A stretch of 63,137 bases of DNA, counting the filler, from Octopus bimaculoides (Eukaryota): the NCBI RefSeq assembly GCF_001194135.2. It is 8 parts of 7 records of this genome, joined end to end, with 100 filler letters (N's around TTAATTAATTAA, not from the genome) between each part and the next. Parts side by side here need not be neighbours in the genome. Positions count along the whole stretch, not along the records: positions 50,872 to 52,831 come from NW_026361753.1; positions 52,932 to 56,573 come from NW_026315149.1; positions 56,674 to 58,756 come from NC_068988.1; positions 58,857 to 60,938 come from NC_069006.1; positions 61,039 to 63,137 come from NC_068999.1; 3 more parts are not named here. One strand, given 5' to 3'. The notes beneath the pieces were generated by a model. That model saw only the letters and a list, made by a program, of their open reading frames with translations, was not told where the DNA came from and made no database searches. The stretch's first letter is position 1. Every line of letters starts with the position of its first letter. Both the position numbers and the translations under genes were made by a program. Positions 50,772 through 62,469 of this stretch are shown here, one piece after another.

Positions 50772-51910
50772 NNNNNNNNNNNNNNNNNNNNNNNNNNNNN
50801 NNNNNNNNNNNNNNNTTAATTAATTAANNNNNNNNNNNNNNNNNNNNNNNNNNNNNNNNNNNNNNNNNNNNTATGTATATATACACATATGTGTGTGCAT
50901 TTGTGTATGTGTTTCTGTGTGTGTTTGTTGGGGTGTATACTCTCATTCATAACTCGATACTTGGTATATAGCTCCAGAATTCTCCATGTAACACGTATAT
51001 ACTTACATTCTACATAACTTACGCACACTTGCATGTACACATTATCACCACACACGCAGACAGTGTCACAGACCCACGCACACATATACACGAACGCTCA
51101 CACACATACATATCGTGTACATGATGTGTTTGTGTGTATGCCTTTATATACGTATTGTGTGTCGGCAAACGTGTGTTTCTTGTTTTTGTCTTTCGCATTT
51201 ATCTCCAAGAGATAAAAATTTTCCACTCTTTGAATATTGTTCAAGAATTAATAGTCATGCAATACTTTGCATATATATANNNNNNNNNNNNNNNNNNNNN
51301 NNNNNNNNNNNNNNNNNNNNNNNNNNNNNNNNNNNNNNNNNNNNNNNNNNNNNNNNNNNNNNNNNNNNNNNNNNNNNNNNNNNNNNNNNNNNNNNNNNNN
51401 NNNNNNNNNNNNNNNNNNNNNNNNNNNNNNNNNNNNNNNNNNNNNNNNNNNNNNNNNNNNNNNNNNNNNNNNNNNNNNNNNNNNNNNNNNNNNNNNNNNN
51501 NNNNNNNNNNNNNNNNNNNNNNNNNNNNNNNNNNNNNNNNNNNNNNNNNNNNNNNNNNNNNNNNNNNNNNNNNNNNNNNNNNNNNNNNNNNNNNNNNNNN
51601 NNNNNNNNNNNNNNNNNNNNNNNNNNNNNNNNNNNNNNNNNNNNNNNNNNNNNNNNNNNNNNNNNNNNNNNNNNNNNNNNNNNNNNNNNNNNNNNNNNNN
51701 NNNNNNNNNNNNNNNNNNNNNNNNNNNNNNNNNNNNNNNNNNNNNNNNNNNNNNNNNNNNNNNNNNNNNNNNNNNNNNNNNNNNNNNNNNNNNNNNNNNN
51801 NNNNNNNNNNNNNNNNNNNNNNNNNNNNNNNNNNNNNNNNNNNNNNNNNNNNNNNNNNNNNNNNNNNNNNNNNNNNNNNNNNNNNNNNNNNNNNNNNNNN
51901 NNNNNNNNNN

Positions 51911-51973
<63 letters not shown>

Positions 51974-52604
51974 CATACTCTCATCTACATATTTAGGCAC
52001 ATCGATACATATGTATTTACACAGAAATGTATATTTTGCATCATACACTCTTATCGACACGCAAGCATACATATATATATACATACATACACTCGTACAT
52101 ACATCTATAGTCACATACACGCATACAAACATACTTGCATACATACACACACACATACATACTCATACATTTACTCATACATTTATTCATACACACACGC
52201 ATCATTCATTCCTTCATTCTCAAATTCCTCATCGTTTAATATGTATATTCCCAAAATAGCGAAATTCTTAACCAAAATATAATTAATCCGTTCCAGCCCC
52301 ACAGACGACTCAAGAATAATCTTTTATGGGTTTTAAAACAGAAAACGTGTAGAGACAAGTAAAATGACGATTCTGGAAAAAGAGAATGCAAACGAAATAT
52401 GTAAACTGGTTTTATTAACTGAATTACGGTAAAGATGGGACGATTTGTGCGCTCGTACTGTGGATTTCAGCTCGTACTTCAAGACAAAAATTCGAATGAG
52501 TCTCGGCTCGTACAGCAAATTATTCGTACAATGAGGCACCCGTACTGCGAGGTCCTACTGTATTTAATTATACGAATAGAATAGGAGCTTTCTTAAACAT
52601 CAAA

Positions 52605-52752
52605 TGGCTTCTTTCAGTTTCCATCTACCAAATCCACTCACAAGGATTTGGTCGGCCCGAGGCTATAGTTGAAGACACTTGCCCAAGCTGCCACGCAGTG
52701 GGACTGAACCCGGAACCATATGGTTGGTAAGCAAGCTACTTACTACACAGCC
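52605..52752 (-). mobile_element. SINE family A, 5' part
   Basis: Family A head. Confidence 0.85.
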
Positions 52753-52788
<36 letters not shown>

Positions 52789-52789
52789 G

Positions 52790-52821
<32 letters not shown>

Positions 52822-53149
52822 TATCATATCGNNNNNNNNNNNNNNNNNNNNNNNNNNNNNNNNNNNNNNNNNNNNTTAATTAATTAANNNNNNNNNNNNN
52901 NNNNNNNNNNNNNNNNNNNNNNNNNNNNNNNTATTGTTGTATTTGGGGATGGTCATGTTGCCAGTTTAGCCAATAAAACACGCACCATGTGGTCACTAGT
53001 ATGTCTTGGGATGCATACCTTTTTGTTAAAGGGTAACGTTGCCGGGTAAACACTGCTCATGCTGTAAGATTTGTCCCATATGTTGAAGAACTGAGTGTCA
53101 AGAGGGTGGGTATTCATGTTGTTGGTCCTTCTAGGGTTATCTTCCCCAT

Positions 53150-53223
53150 TACCGCTACCACTACTACTATTACCGTCGTTACTGTTACCATCATCGATCC
53201 CACTACTGCTACCACCACTATTT

Positions 53224-53263
<40 letters not shown>

Positions 53264-53282
53264 AACTACTACTACTACTACT
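53150..53282. repeat. (CTA)n microsatellite
   Basis: Directly visible. Source of the poly-L, poly-T and poly-V ORFs. Confidence 0.93.
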
Positions 53283-53483
53283 GTTGGTGACCACATGGAA
53301 GCACAATTCACTATAGCTAGTACCAAACTTAGATTTTAGAACTATACACTAAGAGACAGAGACAGAAAAGACAGAGGCCCAACAACTCTGGAATATACCC
53401 GCATGTGGCCTACGTAAGCTCATGCAGCGCACGAGGAACAGAGAGGTGGTATGCCTTCCCACAGATAAGTCCGGCAGTTGTAA

Positions 53484-53939
53484 AGGCATCCCCACAAGAG
53501 AACCTGCCCTTTTAGTAGAACCCCAAGTACTGATAGGAACTGTACTGTATGTAGATTTAGCCCACAAACAAACTGTAAAGCTAGAAATGTAGTCTATAGC
53601 ATAAGATGTACAGAGGGACGGTGCAGTAACAAGACAACGACGTACGTAGGGGAAACAGCACGGAGCATAGGAGAGCGGGTAAATGAGCACTGGAGGGAAC
53701 TTAAGGAAGGGAAGAGTTCATCGGTTCTGTACCAGCACGCCGAGCAGGAACATGGGGGATCACTCAACAACATAGAAGTAAAAATCTTGTCCACACATAG
53801 AACAGACGCAACACTTAGACAAATTACAGAAGCTACACACATAATAGAGGATAAGCCTAGCCTGAATAGGAAACTGGAATGGAACACTAGCACACACCCC
53901 CAACACACCACAACCTATGACAGAATAAGATCCCCATAA
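53484..53939 (+). CDS. PLE GIY-YIG endonuclease domain with Cys-rich linker (stop-free frame, no start codon, 5'-truncated)
   Basis: Hand translation: RHPHKRTCPFSRTPSTDRNCTVCRFSPQTNCKARNVVYSIRCTEGRCSNKTTTYVGETARSIGERVNEHWRELKEGKSSSVLYQHAEQEHGGSLNNIEVKILSTHRTDATLRQITEATHIIEDKPSLNRKLEWN...*. It contains VVY...YVGET, R..EH, the catalytic E in RQITEA and the terminal LN. Absent from the supplied ORF track. Confidence 0.88.
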   Translation, partial: RHPHKRTCPFSRTPSTDRNCTVCRFSPQTNCKARNVVYSIRCTEGRCSNKTTTYVGETARSIGERVNEHWRELKEGKSSSVLYQHAEQEHGGSLNNIEVKILSTHRTDATLRQITEATHIIEDKPSLNRKLEWNTSTHPQHTTTYDRIRSP

Positions 53940-54500
53940 ACTGATAACAATATGAATATAATATGATACAATACACCGATAAACAAATGGAATTAAATAA
54001 CTATATACGTTAACAAAATTAAATTAAATTAAATACAAAAAACAGAAAGAATAGAAAAAATAAGTAGGTATAAACACATGAACAAAATAAATAAAAAAAC
54101 AAATTAAACGAACGTGTATAAACAGGGGATACAGATAATACAGGCACTCCCTCCACACATGCACTTACTAAACACAGACATACATAAGGGTATACGCATG
54201 CGCAAATAAAGACACATAGAATAGGAATATAAAATACAAAATCGCTGATCGTTAGTAAGGAAAGACACACAAATAAGAAAGGAGAAAGCAAAGGATCACT
54301 AATGAGGTCACAGAAGTGTGACGAAAGAACACTGGCCGAAATACGATTAATGTAAAAAATAAAATAAAGCTGAAGTAAATTAACACCAAATATATAGTGC
54401 GTGTGTTTTATTGGCTAAACTGGCAACACGACCTTCCCCAAATATAACAATATCTGTTTCAACACACGATTTCACATCAAGAATCTTGCAAAACGAATAT
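53940..54500 (+). mobile_element. PLE 3' UTR / pseudo-LTR with hammerhead-like core
   Basis: Follows the GIY-YIG stop and contains CTAATGAGGTCACAGAAGTGTGACGAAAG (54299-54327). Positions 54397-54452 also occur inverted at 52932-52985. Confidence 0.65.
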
Positions 54501-54518
54501 ATAAACGTATATATATAA

Positions 54519-54607
<89 letters not shown>

Positions 54608-54689
54608 TATATATGTATGTATATTCGTTTATGTATTTGGTTAGCAAGATTCTTGATATGAAAGCGTTTGTTGAAGTAGATATTTTTAT

Positions 54690-54980
54690 ACTTTAGGATC
54701 ATCTTTGCAGCTAAGTTACGAGGATGTAAGCAAACCAACACCAGTTGTCTAGCGGTGGTGGGGGACAAACACAAACACAAAGACGTTCGCGTGCGCGCAC
54801 ACACACACAAATACACACAACAGGCTTCTTTCAGTTTCCACCAACCAAATCTACTCAAGGTTTTGGTCGGCTCGGGGCTATAGTAGAATACAGTTGCTCA
54901 AAAGGCCGCGCAGTGGGACGAAACCGAAGACCATATGGTGAGAAAGCAGGCTTCTTAACTATACACCCATGTCTGCACCT
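54690..54980 (-). mobile_element. SINE family A (diverged)
   Basis: GCTAAGTTACG.GGA.GTAA..ACCAACACC body and head. Confidence 0.8.
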
Positions 54981-55068
54981 TAGCTAAAGTTATAAAGCAT
55001 ATAAGCAGTCAATACTAAATATTCTAGATGTTTTCTTAACTGACGTTTATTCTACATCCTAATTACAG

Positions 55069-55140
55069 AGAACTGGGCGATGTCACTTAGATTTATTTTG
55101 CTGTTGCTGCTGATTGCGCTTATCGGTCTTGTTCTGTCAC
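55069..55140 (+). CDS. Candidate coding exon encoding a signal peptide (MSLRFILLLLLIALIGLVLS)
   Basis: Acceptor ..CATCCTAATTACAG, ATG at 55080, a basic residue followed by a 15-residue hydrophobic run, and a phase-1 donor GTAAGT at 55141. No downstream exon was confirmed. Confidence 0.4.
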
Positions 55141-55199
55141 GTAAGTATTAGCAATCTTTCGTCTAATAGCGTTCATTAGTTTTAACTAAAGTCAGTGCA

Positions 55200-56170
55200 A
55201 TATCAGTAACATTAGGCAAGTATGTATAAATTTCAGAGCATTTACTAGGACTGATAACCACACTGCACTGAAACAGCGGTGGAAGTGAAGATGCATATGC
55301 TTTTCTTGATCATTTTCAGGTGGGTTGGTGACCAACAAATCGTTAAAAAGCAAGTCGCTGATAATCTTCTATCGATGAAGTGTAAGTCATCGAGATTTTG
55401 AAATAATAGGCAGATCATTACTTATGATATGATGAATTATGATATGATGATATGTCATATCATTAGTTATGATATGACGTTGCCAGAGTGTTTCTTGTTA
55501 AATACGGAGTAAATGATGTCAGTGTACTTTCGAAGATAGCGAGGATTTGCTTGAAGAAGGACTAAAAAAGAAAAAGAAAAGAAAGAAAAAATACTAGGCC
55601 TGACAGAAGATGCTCAAGCGCTGATGCTGTGCACAAGATTAAAGGTTGAGTCGATGGATTTGTGGAATGAACGTCCACCAGGAGACCGAAAGGATAAAAA
55701 AAATAATAAAGCTCTTAGGATTGAGTTGGTAATTTAACTTCGATAAAAACTCTTTCAAAACTGAGAGAAAGTGTAACACAGTTCACGTCGGAGAAAGTAA
55801 CTGTAGGTTGGTTAAGAGCCGACAGAACAATTGGTGTGAGTTCCTCGTTACCTGGCACCAGGGTAGATGGCAGAATACTGACTCTTTCAGTGTCGATAAG
55901 TTAACTGATCATTTATGAAAAACAGACAACAAAAGTTTTGAGTTCCAGGTTTATTTCTTGCAGTTAATCTCTGGCCGCCCGGTTTCTAAGATGAAGCGAG
56001 AAAACTTAAAAGAACATAGTGGCCTATAGTGATGTGTGTCCCTGTGGGATTTAGTGGTACTAGCGCGGTTAGTTTTCCGGACTCGTAGCATGAGGACTGC
56101 TATAGCGCTGCTAAGGAAAGTGCTGAAACCAACTATTACTGTGATTAGACGGTCTCTAATTTGAAGCCGT
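55200..56170 (-). mobile_element. Possible very old Jockey/CR1-group LINE remnant
   Basis: Scattered weak matches on the minus strand (STLKES, SFERVF, FNDLL, DDLHF-like text). No continuous frame. Confidence 0.3.
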
Positions 56171-56224
56171 GCAGTAAGTAATTTCAGTTCCGAGTTCTAG
56201 TCTATGAAAGGGTGTCATTTAAAA

Positions 56225-56500
56225 AGAGAAGGTGGAGGTGGAGAAGAGGAAGAGAATGAAAACAAAGAGGAGGAGGAAGCTAAGGAAAAGGAAGAGAAAA
56301 AGGAAGACGAGGAGGAGGTGAAGGTGAAGGAGAGGGAACGAGGAAGAGAAGGAGGGGAAAGAGGAAGAGAAGGAGGGGAAAGGGGAGGAGAATAAGAGGA
56401 AGAATAGGAGGAGGAGGAGTCTAGGAGGAGGAGGAAGACTACGAAGGGTAAAAGGAAGACAAGGAGGTTGAAAGCTAGGAGGAGGGAGACGAGGAGGAAC
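56225..56500. repeat. Purine-rich (GGA/GAA) low-complexity tract
   Basis: Directly visible. Confidence 0.9.
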
Positions 56501-56673
56501 TCCATAGTAGTCGATCCACAACACATGCCAATACACTTACGGGTCTTTATATTCGTGATTGTATCGATAACCGNNNNNNNNNNNNNNNNNNNNNNNNNNN
56601 NNNNNNNNNNNNNNNNNTTAATTAATTAANNNNNNNNNNNNNNNNNNNNNNNNNNNNNNNNNNNNNNNNNNNN

Positions 56674-56734
<61 letters not shown>

Positions 56735-57409
56735 GATAAGATGTGTAAGAATGTTCCTCTGCTTGTGTGATGAGATGGAAGTCTTCGATTATATTATTAG
56801 CATTGTTCTTCAATTGTTAAAATGTGAAGTCACTCTGTTTCTCTCTCATTGTTTCTCTCACTCTTTGTGTTTGCATACATGTATTTCTCCGCATGGGTAT
56901 GTGTGCCTGTATGTGTGAGTGTGGGTGTGTGTTAACTTTCCATACCGAAAAGTACTGTCTCTAAATTGTCGTGTCCCATCCTCTCATTCTGTATATATAT
57001 ATATGTTTACATATACCCCAGAATGAAATAGAATTGTAGAGAAAAGCTAATAACAAAATTAGATACATGAAACAATTGTGCGTAAGTTTAGTCAAAGCCT
57101 TCATCAGCTGTCGATTGTTTATCATAATACTTTCGATATCTTCCATCAATATTGTCCAATCCTTCGGTGTCAAGAGAATTTGTGCTGATATGGCTGCAGA
57201 ACTTTACACTTGTAACTAGGAGAAAATGACACAAAAAATGCCCAAAGGAGCATCAAATGGCTGTGCCCCAGTATGGCCATAACCACTGTGTTGGAACTCG
57301 TAAAAGAAGAAAGAATACCAATACAGTGAGGGAATTTATATATAAAACAACGAGAGAAATGCATACACACACACACACACATACGCATACACACACACAA
57401 ATATATATA

Positions 57410-57637
57410 CAATAATCCCACAACTGTCGCGAGTGTTACGTCCCAAATACCCCTGCAATATGTCTAAGTAGAAACAGTACTGTACTGTATATTATTATTA
57501 TTATTTTTATAATTTTCATACATTTATTTTATTATAAATGCAAAACAACGCCATGGAGGAATCGACGTAAGATTAAGTAATAAACCGCGATAGGTGAACC
57601 GCGATAGGTGAACCGCGATTTGGCGAGGGATTACTGT
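57410..57637. mobile_element. Tigger/pogo-like MITE with TA target-site duplication
   Basis: TA-CAATAATCCC.....CGCG at the left end and CGCGATTTGGCGAGGGATTACTG-TA at the right end. A second copy starts CAGTAATCCCTCG at 58637 and is cut by a spacer. Confidence 0.8.
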
Positions 57638-57744
57638 ATATGAATATATATATGTATGCGTGAGTGTGTGTGTGAGTGGGTGCATATGTGTGTGTGTGTG
57701 TAGCTAGTTAAAGCGTGTATATGTTCATGTGTATTTGTTTATAT

Positions 57745-57920
57745 TCTTTTATTCTTTCACCTGTTTCAGTCATTTGACCGCGGCCATACTGGAGTACCTC
57801 TTTTGTCGAGCAAATTGACCCCAGAACCAAAGCTCAGTACTTATTTTATTGAACCCTTTTGCCGAACCGCTAATTTACGGGGACGTACGTAAACACTCCA
57901 GCATCGGTTGTCAAACGATG
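57745..57920 (-). mobile_element. SINE family A, 3' part
   Basis: TGTTTCAGTCATTTGACCGCGGCCAT...TTTGCCGAACCGCTAA. Confidence 0.82.
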
Positions 57921-58636
57921 CTGTTGTGTATGTTGTGTACAATTACATAATATTTTCAACAAAAACCCTTGATTGTAGTATCCTGCCATGCTTGGAGCCC
58001 AACCGTTGGAAACGTTATGAATAAAAGTTAGGGGGTATATATACATACGTCCCCCAGACTTTGCGGAAACAACGGACTACAAACAAGTTTTTGAAAGATA
58101 TCTGGACGGAAGCATATAATTAGTGGGTCCTTTGCTGCCATACCCAATTATTCATATAGGCCTTTATCTTTAGGACAGCAAGAAAAAAAATCTTGAGCGG
58201 CGAAAGGCTGTTTTAGGATGTTAGACGTATCAGAACTGTCTCTACTTTTCTGTATTAGAAATTAGTATTATCGTCCGGCTGCGGAGACATCATGTCTGTC
58301 AAAATTTGTTGCGTTGTATTACAGTTCCTCCTTAATGCATGGCAAAACACAAATGAGGGCAGTCGCTATCATGGGATTACATATGGAACTCGTGCGACAC
58401 AGTGTCGAAATTAATGGGCAATACCATAATTTATGAACAGGGTAATATGTTTCCACATTGCAGGTTTAAATATATTTGACTTTTGTACTTTTAATGTTCC
58501 TGCGTTTCGGTGGACGTGGACTCTGCCATCAGAAAAATGAATCTTTATCTTCCTTTTTATCAATTCCATATTGTTCCTCAAATCACCCCTTTAGCCATAT
58601 CCATATCGGTGCCAGCCTCTACAATTAAATCCTAAT

Positions 58637-58756
58637 CAGTAATCCCTCGACTATCGGGCGTGTTACGTTTCAAATGCCTCCGCGATAGGTGAAAATCCGC
58701 AAAGTAGAAACAGTACTGTATATTTTTAAAATTATTTTTATCATTGGTATATGTAT
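58637..58756 (+). mobile_element. Tigger-like MITE, left part
   Basis: CAGTAATCCCTCGACTATCG..GTGTTACG..CGCGATAGGTGAA..AAGTAGAAACAGTACTGTA, as at 57410. Confidence 0.78.
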
Positions 58757-58856
58757 NNNNNNNNNNNNNNNNNNNNNNNNNNNNNNNNNNNNNNNNNNNN
58801 TTAATTAATTAANNNNNNNNNNNNNNNNNNNNNNNNNNNNNNNNNNNNNNNNNNNN

Positions 58857-58888
<32 letters not shown>

Positions 58889-58974
58889 AAGGTGTGTATA
58901 TGCCTGTGTTTTGGTGGAGGACTTCTCTGCGGGTGTAAACATCCATATACATGTGTTTATATAGATGTGTGTGA

Positions 58975-59077
58975 AATAAAATGTCTTGCTCAAGGATACA
59001 ACTCCTCGCCAGGAATCGAACTCACGAACTTACGATTGTAACCTGAATACCCCTAACCACAATGCACGCGCCTTCAC
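58975..59077 (-). mobile_element. SINE head (family C type)
   Basis: The minus strand reads GTGAAGGCGCGTGCATTGTGGTTAGGG..CGTGAGTTCGATTCCTGGCG. Confidence 0.75.
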
Positions 59078-59907
59078 GCTATGTATATATATAAAGGTGG
59101 GTATGTATTTCGAAGTATGTCTTTGAGTGTACATACCTACACGTACATATGCGTAGGCAGTTATCTGTGTATGCCTACGTATATTATATATAAGTGTGTT
59201 TAGCTACACAAGTTCACAGCTATTTTTTGTATATACGTACACACATATGTTTCAATGTTCAAGTGTGCGTATACGTTAACAAATGTGTATGTATGCGTAC
59301 AGATGCGCCTATCTTCGTTGTTTGTGCGAGAAAATGGATCTCCAACTGCAGACTCCAGTGTTGTGTGTCTGGGAACGGGAAGTCTTCAAATGATCTCAAT
59401 TCATCCCCGCTAAACAGTTTCTCATTGCCTTCCTTATCTCAGACCTTCTTTTCTTCTTCTGTAACACAAGCAAGCAACACCCTCAACCTTTTCGTTTATA
59501 TCTCTCTCTATATTTCTTTCTCTCTATATATTTCTATCTATCTATCTATTTGTCTATCTCTTTCACACACTCACACGCATACACTCACGCATATTGTGGC
59601 AGTATGTTCCTGCCAATTCTATGTATTTATTCATTAAAGCATTTATTTATATGTCAGCAGCCTCTATCAGGAAAAGGACCCGGTTACTACTTTCTCAGGT
59701 TATCAGAAACGTGAGCACGAGTGCGTGTATGTGTGTATATGTGTTTGTATGTATATATATATATATAATACAAATAATATGTGAGTATATGCATATCTAG
59801 GTACATGTCGGTACAAACTTACATTTACATAGATGCACATATATATATATACACACACACATACATTCATACATAAAACATATATAGAAACATACATATA
59901 TCTATAT

Positions 59908-59942
<35 letters not shown>

Positions 59943-60858
59943 CACACACACAAATATATATACATACATACATGCAAGCATACATACATATATATATATA
60001 TATGCAAGCATACATATANNNNNNNNNNNNNNNNNNNNNNNNNNNNNNNNNNNNNNNNNNNNNNNNNNNNNNNNNNNNNNNNNNNNNNNNNNNNNNNNNN
60101 NNNNNNNNNNNNNNNNNNNNNNNNNNNNNNNNNNNNNNNNNNNNNNNNNNNNNNNNNNNNNNNNNNNNNNNNNNNNNNNNNNNNNNNNNNNNNNNNNNNN
60201 NNNNNNNNNNNNNNNNNNNNNNNNNNNNNNNNNNNNNNNNNNNNNNNNNNNNNNNNNNNNNNNNNNNNNNNNNNNNNNNNNNNNNNTTAACAGAAACACA
60301 CACTCAAGTATGAAACGGTGTATATTATTGTTACATAAGTGTAAGTAAGACTAGACGATAGATTTTTATTTTTTATGTTTTATTTTCATTTTATTTTATA
60401 TTATTTTTGTTCACATCTGCTGCCAGCTTCGAGCATATATCAACTATGGCAGCAACGAACGAATTTAAGGATTTCCTTTCAATCTGTGGCCCTACCCACA
60501 ATTGAATAAAAAGAGGAAGAAGACAAATAAATTTAAATGATAAGGAGACATCTACAGACCGAAATAAACACTCGAATATTATCGAAACAAACAATGCTTC
60601 ATGAAACACGCCATGATCTGGAAGCGCCAAAACAAACACCAATATGTCTGAATGCAGAGCGGGAAAATTTCACTGAGCAGACGACACTGGCAATTCCGTT
60701 GTAACGTAAGACTGACATGCATGAACTTTGACCGATGTAACTCTAAACATGGTCTCGTCTCATCCTCAGCTGCTTGACACTCAAAACAACACTCCAAAAT
60801 ATATTTTTAGCGAAAATGTGAAATATTAAAGATAATAACACAATATATGCATATATAT

Positions 60859-60895
<37 letters not shown>

Positions 60896-61038
60896 TTCCA
60901 CCCATTTACCATCGCTTGACAACCGATGCTGGTGTGTTNNNNNNNNNNNNNNNNNNNNNNNNNNNNNNNNNNNNNNNNNNNNTTAATTAATTAANNNNNN
61001 NNNNNNNNNNNNNNNNNNNNNNNNNNNNNNNNNNNNNN

Positions 61039-61600
61039 GTCGATAAATTACATACCCTGGGGTCGATGTAATCGATTGATCCCCTCCCCAAAAAACCCAG
61101 GCCTTGTGCCTATACTAGAAAGAATTATAATCCTTTCTATAGGCACAAGGCATCCTAATTATGATGGCGGGAAAATAGCAGAATCTTTAGCACGGCCGGC
61201 AAAATATTTAGTGGTATTTCGTCCGGCTTCACGTTCTAAGTTCAAATTCCACCGAGGTTGACTTTGCTTTTCATCCTTTCGAGGTCGATAAATTACATAC
61301 CCTGGGGTCGATGTAATCGATTGATCCCCTCCCCAAAAAACCCAGGCCTTGTGCCTGTAGTAAAAAGAATTATCATTACTATGAGGGTGGTTAGCTGGTA
61401 GAATCGTTAGCACGCCGGACGAAATGCTTCGCGGTATTTCGTCCGTCTTTAAGTTCTTAGTTCAAATTCCGCCGAGATCAACTTTGCCTTTCATCCTTTC
61501 GGGGTCGATAAAATAAGTACCAGTTGAGAACTCGTGTCACTGTAATCCACTCATCTCCTCTCCCAAAATAGCTGCCCTTATGACAAAATTTGAAACCATT
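61039..61600 (+). mobile_element. Tandem cluster of family B SINEs (partial 61039-61135, copies at 61164 and 61384)
   Basis: 61039-61110 is identical to ~61284-61355. Two heads carry GTTCAAATTC B boxes. Confidence 0.88.
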
Positions 61601-62469
61601 ATTATTATTGTTATTATTATTATTATCGTGGTCGGTGAATTAATGACTTGTGTTCGACGTCATAAATCTATATTTGTTCCCTTTTTTGTCGTATAATGTG
61701 TCGTGTTTTGAGCAAAACATAAGGGTCTGAGCAAAAGTTATTGTCATCTGCCCTTAAGAGCAAATAGCATCATGAACAGCAGTAGCAGCAGCAGTAGCTA
61801 CAATAGCAACGTGCCAGAAATCAATAACCTTGAGCTAACATTTTGTTTGTGTATTTAAAAAGTCTTTTTAAAGCAGCAACAACATGTACGACCGATTATG
61901 AAATAAATCCCTTGTCATGCTAATATGTATGCATTTCGTTTTTATCCCTCCGTTTCTTATCCTGACATTAAAATGGACGTTTCTCAGTAGAAATTGATGT
62001 TATCAACCACGCGTTTTTGCATGTCTTTCTCTTTCTTTCTCACATTCAATGCTTATCACCCTCTCTCTCTCTATCTATCTCTCTCTTTCTCTCTGCCCAT
62101 GCACACGCACATACACATGTTCTCATGCTCTTACACATACACATACACACAGGTCTGCGTATGTAGGGTTCACAGCGTATACACGTAATGTATCCATGAA
62201 ATGTCATTGACATATAAAGGCTGAATCAACTTCACTTCGTTATCACAACACATATGGTACCTCAAGGACTGTAAAAAAACAAACCTTTCTAGAAAAGAAA
62301 GAATTGCTGAACAACGGAATTCCATAAAATGTACGTGGCAACAGATGCAATTTATGTACAACTGGAAAGTTTAAATTATTTACTGCACCTGCCAATATCT
62401 GAAATAAGTGAGAGAAAATATTTTCTATCTTTTTGCACAGAAATGTATGTATGTATGTATGTATGTATG

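Noticed and set aside
53095-53339. Hydrophobic poly-Leu signal-like ORF and mucin-like poly-Thr ORF
   Set aside because: Both are frames of the (CTA)n microsatellite.
56204-56536. Acidic/basic E-K-rich ORF
   Set aside because: It is a low-complexity purine tract with no coding evidence.
4166-60313. Long ORFs in the supplied track made mostly of X
   Set aside because: They are open only because N gaps contain no stops, and the real ends are microsatellites.
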